Below, piece after piece: positions 11,376 through 19,877 of a stretch of DNA of 32,000 nucleotides (position 1 is the stretch's first letter; each line of letters begins with the position of its first letter). Made by a program: the position numbers and the translations under genes. The notes beneath the pieces are model-generated. The model worked only from the letters and a program-made list of their open reading frames with translations. It was not told the origin of the DNA and made no database searches. The stretch is taken from the NCBI RefSeq assembly GCF_964030875.1, contig NZ_OZ034981.1, positions 60,001 through 92,000 of the forward strand, read 5' to 3'. Origin of the DNA: Candidatus Saccharimonadota bacterium. GTDB lineage: Bacteria > Bacteroidota > Bacteroidia > Flavobacteriales > Blattabacteriaceae.

Positions 11376-12530
11376 ATGCCTTTGGAAAACAAATATCGTG
11401 CAGCAAATTATGAATTTGAAGGAATTGTGGCTAGTGAAGGAGTTCTTGAAATTATGCCAGAAAATTATGGATTTCTCAGATATTCAGATTTTAATTATCT
11501 CTCGTCTCCAGACGATGTTTATGTTTCTCAATCGCAAATTAAACTTTTCAGTCTTAAAACAGGTGATACAATCAGTGGAGCAATTAGGCCACCTAAAGAA
11601 AGTGAAAAATATTTTCCTCTGATTAAAATAATTAAAATTAACGGGAGATCTCCTTATGACATACGTGAGAGATCTTCTTTTGAACATCTTACACCTTTAT
11701 TTCCAGAAGAAAAATTTAATTTGTCTTATAAGAACTCTACTGTTTCTACGAGAATTTTAGATCTTTTTGCTCCGATTGGGAAGGGACAACGTGGGATGAT
11801 TGTAGCCCCTCCAAAAGTAGGAAAAACTATATTATTGAAAGATCTAGCTAATGCTATAGCAGCAAATCATCCTGAAGTCTATTTAATGATCTTATTAATC
11901 GATGAACGTCCTGAAGAGGTGACTGATATGCAACGTAGTGTCAAAGGTGAGGTAGTAGCCTCAACTTTTGATGAATCAGCAGAAAGCCATGTTAAAGTAG
12001 CAAATATTGTTCTACAAAAGGCAAAAAGAATGGTGGAATGTAATCACGATGTAGTGATATTGCTAGATTCTATAACTCGTTTAGCAAGAGCGTATAATAC
12101 GGTAGCTCCTGCTTCAGGAAAAGTCCTTTCAGGAGGAGTAGATGCTAATGCTTTGCATAAACCTAAGAGATTTCTTGGTGCTGCTAGAAATATAGAAGGA
12201 GGAGGCTCTCTTTCTATTATAGCTACAGCTATGATCGAAACTGGTTCAAAAATGGACGAAGTTATCTTTGAAGAGTTTAAGGGGACAGGTAATATGGAAT
12301 TACAACTTGATAGAAAAATAGCTAATAGAAAATTATATCCGGCTATAGATCTAGTTGCTTCAAGCACACGTAGGGATGATTTATTATTGAACGATACTAC
12401 ATTGCAGAGAATGTGTATTTTGCGAAAACATATTTCAGAGATGAATACGATAGAAGCTATGGAATTTTTGATCAAACGAATTAACCAAACTAAAAGTAAC
12501 GAAGAATTCCTTATTTCTATGAATAAGTGA
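11376..12530 (+). CDS. rho: transcription termination factor Rho (short form lacking the N-terminal helix bundle)
   Basis: 384-aa ORF. It has the OB/CSD RNA-binding region ([48 protein letters not shown]), Walker A (APPKVGKT), [13 protein letters not shown], and [10 protein letters not shown] through [20 protein letters not shown]. Confidence 0.95.
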   Translation: MPLENKYRAANYEFEGIVASEGVLEIMPENYGFLRYSDFNYLSSPDDVYVSQSQIKLFSLKTGDTISGAIRPPKESEKYFPLIKIIKINGRSPYDIRERSSFEHLTPLFPEEKFNLSYKNSTVSTRILDLFAPIGKGQRGMIVAPPKVGKTILLKDLANAIAANHPEVYLMILLIDERPEEVTDMQRSVKGEVVASTFDESAESHVKVANIVLQKAKRMVECNHDVVILLDSITRLARAYNTVAPASGKVLSGGVDANALHKPKRFLGAARNIEGGGSLSIIATAMIETGSKMDEVIFEEFKGTGNMELQLDRKIANRKLYPAIDLVASSTRRDDLLLNDTTLQRMCILRKHISEMNTIEAMEFLIKRINQTKSNEEFLISMNK

Positions 12531-12564
12531 TTTAAAAATATAAGTTTCTACACATTTTTTTATT

Positions 12565-13960
12565 ATGTTCTCTTTCAAAAGCTTTCATCAAAAAATTCTA
12601 GCAGATATTACTACTCCTATAAAGCTTTATATGCAATTAAGAGATCATTTTACAAAGACATTACTTTTAGAATGTGCAGATTATCACAACAAAAAAAAAA
12701 ATTTCCATTATTTGTATACAATCTTTAGCAGAGATTATTGTATGTGATAGATATATATATAAACGTTATCCAGATTCTACTGAAGAAAAAATAAAATTAA
12801 AAAATAGTATAAATGCTTATAAATTTTTAGCCCCTTTTTTTTACAAATTTCGAGTCGAATCAGGTTTTTCACCTTATTCAGGTTTGTACGGTTATATAAC
12901 TTACGATAGTATTCCTTTTTTTGAAAATATAATTTTTACCTCCCCTTCTTTTGAAGAGGATAAAGTCCCCAAAATTCGTTTAGGTTTTTTTAAGAATCTT
13001 ATAGTTTTCGATCATTTTCATAATAAACTTATTGTTATAGAACATCGATTCGTTGAAAAGGAAGATTCCCAAATGGAAAAAATTTTTAATCTTATTCATC
13101 AGAGTCGATTTATAAATTTTCCTTTTAAAAGAATAGGTAATGATGTATCAAATCTTACCGATGATCAATATCGTGATTTGGTATCCAAAGGTATAAAAGC
13201 ATGCGTGTTGGGACAAGTGTTTCAAATTGTACTTTCACGACAATATAGTCAAAAATTCAAAGGAGATGAATTCAATGTATATAGAACCTTGCGTTCTATT
13301 AATCCTTCGCCTTATTTATTTTATTTCGATTATGGAAATTATAAAATATTCGGGTCTTCTCCTGAATCTCAAATAGTTATTAGTAATAATACAGCTTCTA
13401 TTTATCCAATAGCTGGAACTATGCATCGTTCTGGAGATTATACAACTGACAAAAATGCAGCTGAAATATTAGCAAAAAGTACTAAGGAAAATTCAGAACA
13501 TGTAATGTTAGTAGATTTAGCTCGGAATGATCTCAGCAAGACTTCTTCAGAAGTAAAAGTGAATCGTTATAAAGAAATACAATACTTTTCGCATGTTATG
13601 CATATGATTTCACAAGTTTCAGGAAACTTAAAATATGGAATTTCTTCGATCAAAGTCTTTGGAGAAAGTTTTCCATCCGGAACTTTATCCGGTGCTCCAA
13701 AGTATAAAGCTATGGAACTAATAGATAATTTTGAAAATAAATCACGTGGTGTCTATGGAGGAGCAATAGGTTTTTTTGGTCTGAACGGTGAAGTGAATAC
13801 AGCTATTATTATTCGTTCCTTTCTTAGTAAAAATAATATGCTATTTCTGCAAGCAGGAGCAGGAATTATAGCAGATTCTAAAGAAGAAAATGAACTAGAA
13901 GAAGTAAATAATAAACTTGAAGCACTAAAACAAGCTATTTTATGTGCTGAAAAGATTTAA
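12565..13960 (+). pseudogene. trpE: anthranilate synthase component I, interrupted by a +1 frameshift inside an A11 tract (12691-12701), possibly rescued by slippage
   Basis: ORF 12565-12747 encodes the TrpE N-terminus (FHQKILADITTPIKLYMQLRDHFTKTLLLECADYHNKKK). ORF 12674-13960, in the +1 frame, continues from ...KKKISIICIQSLAEI to the conserved C-terminus (LSGAPKYKAMELIDNFENKSRGVYGGAIGF, LQAGAGIIADS). The two frames join exactly in the A11 run. A10 or A13 would give one roughly 464-aa protein. Confidence 0.9.
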
Positions 13961-13963
13961 TAA

Positions 13964-14542
13964 ATGGGTATAATAAAAATCTTAGTCCTTGATAATTACG
14001 ATTCTTTTACCTACAATTTAGTGTCTTTGATTAAAGAAATTACAAATAGTACGGTCTCCGTTTTTAGAAATGATTCTATTCCCTTAGAAGAAGTTGATAA
14101 TTACGATAAAATACTCTTGTCGCCAGGACCAGGAATTCCAGAGGAATCTAATATTCTCAACCCTTTGATACATAATTATGCACCGACAAAAAGTTTATTC
14201 GGAATTTGTTTAGGTCAGCAAGCTATCGCAGAGGTTTTTGGAGGAGAATTACTTAACACAAAAAAAGTATATCATGGAATTACCAGTAAGGTAAAAATAA
14301 TTGATTCTACTGAACAACTTTTCAAAGGCTTGCCTGATATTATTGAAGTAGGCCGTTATCATTCATGGATGGTTTCGGCCCAACAATTTCCTAAAGAATT
14401 AAAAATTACGGCAAGAGGACCCAAATGGGAAATCATGGCTATACGTCATAAAAAGTATGATGTAGTAGGTGTTCAATTTCATCCTGAATCTATATTAACT
14501 CCTTATGGAAAAAAAATAGTGTATAACTGGTTACATGTATAA
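13964..14542 (+). CDS. trpG: anthranilate synthase component II (glutamine amidotransferase)
   Basis: 192-aa ORF with the class I GATase triad context (GICLGQQAIAEVFGG, VGVQFHPESILT). Confidence 0.93.
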   Translation: MGIIKILVLDNYDSFTYNLVSLIKEITNSTVSVFRNDSIPLEEVDNYDKILLSPGPGIPEESNILNPLIHNYAPTKSLFGICLGQQAIAEVFGGELLNTKKVYHGITSKVKIIDSTEQLFKGLPDIIEVGRYHSWMVSAQQFPKELKITARGPKWEIMAIRHKKYDVVGVQFHPESILTPYGKKIVYNWLHV

Positions 14543-15536
14543 TGTAAAAATTCCGGATATACTCAACTCTCTTTTTGAAGAGAAAATTCTTAATCAGCAA
14601 GAGGCAAAGTCTCTCATGATTAATATAGCAAATAATAAATTCACTCCGGCTCAAATATCAGCATTAGTAAGTATTTATAACATGAGAACTCCTCAATTGG
14701 AGGAATTAAAAGGCTTTTATGAAGCATTGCTTGACTTTAAGATTCATATAAATTTGAATACAGTTGATGCAATAGATATTTCTGGAACAGGAGGAGATGG
14801 TAAAAAGACTTTTAACATTTCCACTTTAGCTGCTTTTATAGTGGCTGGTTACGGTGGAAAAGTAATAAAACATAGTAATTATAGCGCATCATCTATTACT
14901 GGATCTTCCAATTTGCTAGAATCATTGGGATACAAGTTTACTAATGAAGAAGGACGCTTACAAAAAGAATTGGAAAAATCTGGAATATGTTTCTTACATG
15001 CTCCACTATTCCATCCAGTGATGAAAAACGTCTACTGGGTAAGAAGAGAAATAGGTATAATGACTTTCTTCAATATTCTAGGACCTTTGTTAAACCCTAG
15101 TGAACCACACTATCAACTATTGGGAGTAAATAATCTAGAAATCGCAAGATTATACTATTATTTTTTTAAAAAGGAAAAAAAAAATTATGCGATTATTCAT
15201 AGTCTAGATGGGTATGATGAGATTTCATTGACTAGTCCATTTAAATGTTACGATCCAAAAGGTGAATCTATTTATACTCCAAAAGAATTAGGTCGATTAA
15301 AACTTCTTCCTAAAACTATTACAGGAGGTAAAAATACAGAAGAAAATAAACGGATATTCGTTAGTATCCTTTCTGGAGAAGGAAGTAAAAGCCAAAATGA
15401 AGTTGTATTGACAAATGCTGCATTCTCTTTATGTTTACTGAATAACAAAGATTTTAAAAGTAATTATCTGATAGCAAAAGAAAGTTTAGAAAGTAAAAAG
15501 GCTAAAAAAGTGTTAGAAACATTATTAAACATTTAA
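14535..15536 (+). CDS. trpD: anthranilate phosphoribosyltransferase
   Basis: 333-aa ORF with DISGTGGDGKKTFNISTLAAFIVAG and ...KHSNYSASSITGSSNLLESLG blocks. It overlaps the trpG stop by 8 nt. Confidence 0.9.
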   Translation: MYNVKIPDILNSLFEEKILNQQEAKSLMINIANNKFTPAQISALVSIYNMRTPQLEELKGFYEALLDFKIHINLNTVDAIDISGTGGDGKKTFNISTLAAFIVAGYGGKVIKHSNYSASSITGSSNLLESLGYKFTNEEGRLQKELEKSGICFLHAPLFHPVMKNVYWVRREIGIMTFFNILGPLLNPSEPHYQLLGVNNLEIARLYYYFFKKEKKNYAIIHSLDGYDEISLTSPFKCYDPKGESIYTPKELGRLKLLPKTITGGKNTEENKRIFVSILSGEGSKSQNEVVLTNAAFSLCLLNNKDFKSNYLIAKESLESKKAKKVLETLLNI

Positions 15537-16329
15537 TGAACATTTTAGAAAAAATTATTACTATAAAACAGAAGGAAGTTTACATAAATAGGCATCTTGT
15601 TACTATAAAAACACTGGAAAAAAGTCCTTATTTCGAAAGAAATTGTCATTATTTATATAATAATTTAAAAAAAAAACATACCAATATTATTGCCGAGTTC
15701 AAGCGTAAATCTCCTACTCTGGGGATTATTAATAATCGGGTTTCTGTAAAAGAAGTAGTGAAAGCTTACGAAAATGCAGGAGCTTCTGGAATATCTATAT
15801 TAACAGATTATTTTTTTTTTATGGTCAAAATGAAGATCTTACAGAGGCTAGAGAAATCGTTTCTTTACCTCTCTTGTGTAAAGATTTTATAATTGACGAA
15901 TATCAAATTATTGCTGCTAAATCGCTTGGAACAGATATCATTTTACTAATTGCTGAGGTCCTCTCCAAAGAGAAAATACAGTCTTTGACCCATGTAGCTA
16001 AAATACTAGGTTTAGAAGTACTTATGGAAATGCATTATGAAAAAGAATTCTACAAAATTAATGAATATATCGATATTATAGGAATCAACAATAGAAATCT
16101 TAGCACTTTTTTTGTCGATATACAACGTTCTGTAGAATTATTTAAAATAATACCTAATAATTTTATAAAAATATCAGAAAGTGGTCTATATGATCCGATT
16201 AAAGTGAGTTTTTTAACCCAAATGGGCTTTGCAGGCTTCCTTATTGGGGAAATATTTATGCGTTCTTCTCATCCTGGAAAAAAAATGGAAGAGTATATTA
16301 AACAAGTTAACCTAAAATATCATGTTTAA
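15536..16329 (+). pseudogene. trpC: indole-3-glycerol-phosphate synthase, interrupted by a frameshift in a T10 tract (15811-15820), possibly rescued by slippage
   Basis: ORF 15536-15892 gives the N-terminal third (IIAEFKRKSPTLGII...GASGISILTDYFFF) and then runs into nonsense. Reading the other frame from 15820 gives YGQNEDLTEAREIVSLPLLCKDFIIDEYQIIAAKSLGTDIILLI...IGINNRNL...ISESG, which continues into ORF 15874-16329. One extra T (T11) restores a single roughly 264-aa IGPS. Confidence 0.9.
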
Positions 16330-16933
16330 AATTAAAGTTTGTGGTTTGAAATATCCTAGTAATATAATGGAAATTTTGATTCTTAAACCTGATTTTATAG
16401 GATTTATTTTTTACCCTTTCTCTACGAGATTTATAAAAAAATATTTGACAATTCCAAATTTATGCGAAGTAAAAAAAATCGGGGTATTTGTAAATTCATC
16501 TGAAAAATACGTTTTACAAAAAATTGAAAATTATAGATTAGATTTAATTCAACTTCATGGAAATGAAGATGTTAAATTTTGTTATAGTTTATACAAAAAA
16601 AATATTAAAATTATTAAAGCGTTTAATGTAGATCAAAATTTTTCGTTTGAAAAAATTCAAAAATATAGTAATTGTGTTGATTATTTTCTTTTTGATACAA
16701 AAACTTCAAAATATGGAGGCAGTGGTAAAAAATTTTTATGGGTGAAACTGTATGAATATTATTTTGATATTCCTTTTTTTCTTAGTGGAGGTATTACTAT
16801 AAATGATACTGATGAAATTCTGAAACTTTCACATCCTAAATTGTTTTGTATAGATATTAATAGTCATTTTGAAATTACTCCAGGGTTAAAAAATAGTCAT
16901 TTAATTAGTAATTTTATAAAAAAAATACGTTGA
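16322..16933 (+). CDS. trpF: phosphoribosylanthranilate isomerase
   Basis: 203-aa ORF between trpC and trpB with a PRAI-like pattern (KIKVCGLKYPSN...PDFIGFIFYPFSTRFI...IQLHGNE...GGSGKKF...FLSGGI). Confidence 0.88.
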   Translation: MFKIKVCGLKYPSNIMEILILKPDFIGFIFYPFSTRFIKKYLTIPNLCEVKKIGVFVNSSEKYVLQKIENYRLDLIQLHGNEDVKFCYSLYKKNIKIIKAFNVDQNFSFEKIQKYSNCVDYFLFDTKTSKYGGSGKKFLWVKLYEYYFDIPFFLSGGITINDTDEILKLSHPKLFCIDINSHFEITPGLKNSHLISNFIKKIR

Positions 16934-18123
16934 TGAATTCTTATTTATCTGATAAGAATGGATTTTATGGCGATTTTGGAGGGACATTTATTCCAGAAAT
17001 TTTATGGATGAATTTAAAAGAATTAAAAGACTCTTATGAAAGTATAATTTTTGACCTTAGTTTTAAAAAAAAATTTGAATCATTGCTAAACAACTATGTA
17101 GGACGTCCTACTCCTTTATTTTATTGTAATGAACTTTCTAAAAAATATAAAACTAATATTTATTTAAAACGTGAAGATCTTAATCATACTGGATCACATA
17201 AAATTAATAACACAATAGGACAAGCTTTATTTGCAAAACAACTTGGTAAAAAAAAAATTATTGCTGAAACAGGAGCTGGACAACACGGAATTGCTACAGC
17301 TGCTGTTTGTTCTCTTCTTTCTTTAGAATGTATAATTTTTATGGGTGAAACTGATATTTTACGACAAGCAATTAATGTATCTAAAATGAAAATGTTAGGA
17401 GCTAAAGTTCTTCCTGCAACTACTGGAAATAAAACTCTTAAAGATGCAATTAATGAAGCTTTACGTTATTGGATAAATCATCCTGAATGTTATTATTTAC
17501 TAGGATCAGTAGTAGGACCACATCCATATCCAAAAATAGTAGCTTATTTTCAATCTATTATAAGTAAAGAAATTAAAAAACAATTACAAGAAAAGAAAGG
17601 AATAACACAACCTAATTATATTATTACTTGTATCGGTGGAGGTAGTAATGCAATAGGTGCTTTTTATCATTTTTTAGAGAATGCATCAGTAAAATTAATT
17701 GCTGTGGAATCAGCAGGATTAGGAATATATACTAATAAAACAGCAGCTACTACTATTCAAGGATCAAAAGGGGTTATACATGGAAGCATGACTTTTGTTA
17801 TGCAAGATAAATATGGCCAAATTATAGATCCTTATTCAATTTCTGCTGGAATGGATTATCCAGGAATAGGTCCAATGCATGCTAATTTATTTAAGACACA
17901 ACGTGTAAAATTTTTTAATGTTACTGATAATGATGTGTTACAAGCAGCTTATGAAATAAGCCAAATTGAAGGAATAATACCAGCGTTAGAAAGTGCTCAT
18001 GCTTTAGCTATTTTGCCTAAAATTTCTTTTAAAAAAGAAGATATAGTAGTAATTAATCTTTCAGGTAGAGGAGATAAAGATATAAAAAATTATATTAGAC
18101 ATTTAAATCAATTTTTGAAATAA
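16933..18123 (+). CDS. trpB: tryptophan synthase beta chain
   Basis: It has the PLP-lysine block LNHTGSHKINN, plus AETGAGQHGIATA, GGGSNAIG and LSGRGDKD. ORF track start 16930 is TTG. The adjacent ATG at 16933 (TGATG overlap with the trpF stop) is more likely. Confidence 0.96.
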   Translation: MNSYLSDKNGFYGDFGGTFIPEILWMNLKELKDSYESIIFDLSFKKKFESLLNNYVGRPTPLFYCNELSKKYKTNIYLKREDLNHTGSHKINNTIGQALFAKQLGKKKIIAETGAGQHGIATAAVCSLLSLECIIFMGETDILRQAINVSKMKMLGAKVLPATTGNKTLKDAINEALRYWINHPECYYLLGSVVGPHPYPKIVAYFQSIISKEIKKQLQEKKGITQPNYIITCIGGGSNAIGAFYHFLENASVKLIAVESAGLGIYTNKTAATTIQGSKGVIHGSMTFVMQDKYGQIIDPYSISAGMDYPGIGPMHANLFKTQRVKFFNVTDNDVLQAAYEISQIEGIIPALESAHALAILPKISFKKEDIVVINLSGRGDKDIKNYIRHLNQFLK

Positions 18124-18950
18124 TGAATCTTATAGATCATCTCTTTAAGAAAGGAAAAAACAACTTAAGTATTTATTTTACAGCTGGTTATCCAAAATTA
18201 AATAGTACTAAAAAAATTATTCAACTTTTACAAAAATATAAAGTAAATCTTATTGAAATTGGGTTGCCTTATTCAGATCCTATGGCAGATGGTTTAATCA
18301 TTCAAAAAAGTAATAAAAAAGCTCTTAAAAATGGAATGAATCCTGATCAATTATTTTCTCAACTACAATTAATACAAAATGAAATTCAAGTTCCATTAAT
18401 CTTAATGGGATATTATAATCAATTTTTTAAATTTGGAGAAGAATATTTTTTAAATTGTTGTAAAAAATCAGGAATATCAGGTATTATTTTTCCTGATTTA
18501 CCTATAGAAATTTATAAAGAAAAATATCAAAAGTTATTTGAGAAATATGAATTATATTTTATTTGTTTAGTTACGTCACAAACTACAGATAACCGAATTA
18601 TTTTGCTTAGTAATATTAGCAAAGGATTTTTATATGTAGTTTCTTCAATATCTACTACAGGTTCTACTACAGGTTCTACTACAGGTTCTACTACAGGTTC
18701 TACTACAGGTTCTACTACAGGTTCTACTACAGGGAAAAAAAAAGATACACTGATTTTTTTAAATCGGATTAATCAGTTGAATTTATCTATTCCTACCCTA
18801 ATAGGGTTCGGTATCGCCAACAAGAATTCATTTAATTTGGCTTGTCAATATGCTAACGGAGGTATTATAGGAAGCGCATTTATACAATCTCTAGATGAGA
18901 ATGACCTAGAAGGAAGTATTCATCGTTTCATCGCATCTATTTTGTATTAA
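18123..18950 (+). CDS. trpA: tryptophan synthase alpha chain carrying an in-frame (STTG)x7 tandem repeat
   Basis: 275-aa ORF with TrpA blocks (EIGLPYSDPMADGLIIQ, IFPDLPIE, GFLYVVS, LIGFGI, GGIIGSAF). The start overlaps the trpB stop (TAATG). Confidence 0.92.
   Translation: MNLIDHLFKKGKNNLSIYFTAGYPKLNSTKKIIQLLQKYKVNLIEIGLPYSDPMADGLIIQKSNKKALKNGMNPDQLFSQLQLIQNEIQVPLILMGYYNQFFKFGEEYFLNCCKKSGISGIIFPDLPIEIYKEKYQKLFEKYELYFICLVTSQTTDNRIILLSNISKGFLYVVSSISTTGSTTGSTTGSTTGSTTGSTTGSTTGKKKDTLIFLNRINQLNLSIPTLIGFGIANKNSFNLACQYANGGIIGSAFIQSLDENDLEGSIHRFIASILY
18651..18734 (+). repeat. 12-bp tandem repeat TCTACTACAGGT x7 inside trpA (encodes STTG x7)
   Basis: Six perfect copies plus a seventh ending in G instead of T, read directly. 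An A9 tract follows immediately (18735-18743). Confidence 0.97.
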
Positions 18951-19359
18951 AAATTTAGTTATTCCACCACATAACCTATACCTACTTTATAGTGCACTGC
19001 TAAAAAATACTTTTCGTTGTACAGTAGGTGTGGGTTGTTCTATAAGCTTGCTAAGTATATTTAAACCTTACCTAATCCAATGCATCTAAATATAGGAGCA
19101 ATTCCTTTATAATTTTGAACCTAAATACAAATTAATATTGTAGAAGAAATCATATAGACGATAGCTTTGCATTCTCTTGAAATATAGCCAGACGAGATTA
19201 CAGCTAAAATCTGTCGAAGTTATCATAATGATCTCTGGAGGACGCTATAAGAGCAGACATTCCTGATAAAGCTAGAGGTCACGAGCAGCATAAACCCAAA
19301 ATTTGATGACGACCGAAGAAAAGCTTTCTTGAGATTCCTCTGTTAAATAATACATTAAC

Positions 19360-19416
19360 GTTGCGTCACCAGCTAGTTGCGTCACCAGCTAGTTGCGTCA
19401 CCAGCTGGTTGCATCA
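19360..19416. repeat. 16-bp tandem repeat GTTGCGTCACCAGCTA x3 plus a diverged partial fourth copy
   Basis: Copies at 19360-19375, 19376-19391 and 19392-19407 (last base G), then gttgcatca. On the minus strand the unit encodes the MenB AGDAT motif. Confidence 0.95.
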
Positions 19417-19752
19417 ATCCGTGTTGACCATCGAGTTCTGCATTTATACAACGTTTAATCATTGCCATGGGACTCTGAATATTCCATAGTAGCCTCTAGC
19501 TTCCTTTGCACTGTATTGTTGGCATAGAACCAAAATTGATCTTGATTTTTTTTGTACGACATGAATCCGATTTTCTTAGGCAATAGTAAGATCACAAACT
19601 ACATGTCCACCTCCTATTGCATAAACGTTTACCATAGCGATAACAGGTTTAGGGAGTTCTCGTATTATATAAGACATTAATACGTGGTACTCCGTCTTCC
19701 AATACCCTTGCTTTTTTACCTGTAAGAATGACTACGTCAATAGTAGAACACT

Positions 19753-19877
19753 CACGAACTATATCCATAGATTCAATCACGAACTATATCCATAGATTCA
19801 ATCACGAACTATATCCATAGATTCAATCACGAACTATATCCATAGATTCAATCACGAACTATATCCATAGATTCAAT
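19753..19877. repeat. 25-bp perfect tandem repeat CACGAACTATATCCATAGATTCAAT x5
   Basis: Five identical head-to-tail copies start at 19753, 19778, 19803, 19828 and 19853, with no spacers between them. They lie inside the N-terminal part of the menB pseudogene. Confidence 0.97.

Noticed and set aside
12044-12475. 143-aa minus-strand ORF inside rho, and similar antisense ORFs in tuf, prfA, glyQS, rlmB and nusB
   Set aside because: All lie antisense within genes that have unambiguous homology, and they show no family resemblance of their own.
19753-19877. Possible CRISPR array (five identical 25-bp direct repeats)
   Set aside because: The copies are strictly contiguous with no spacers, there are no cas genes in the window, and the unit is a fragment of the menB pseudogene. 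It is a plain tandem duplication.
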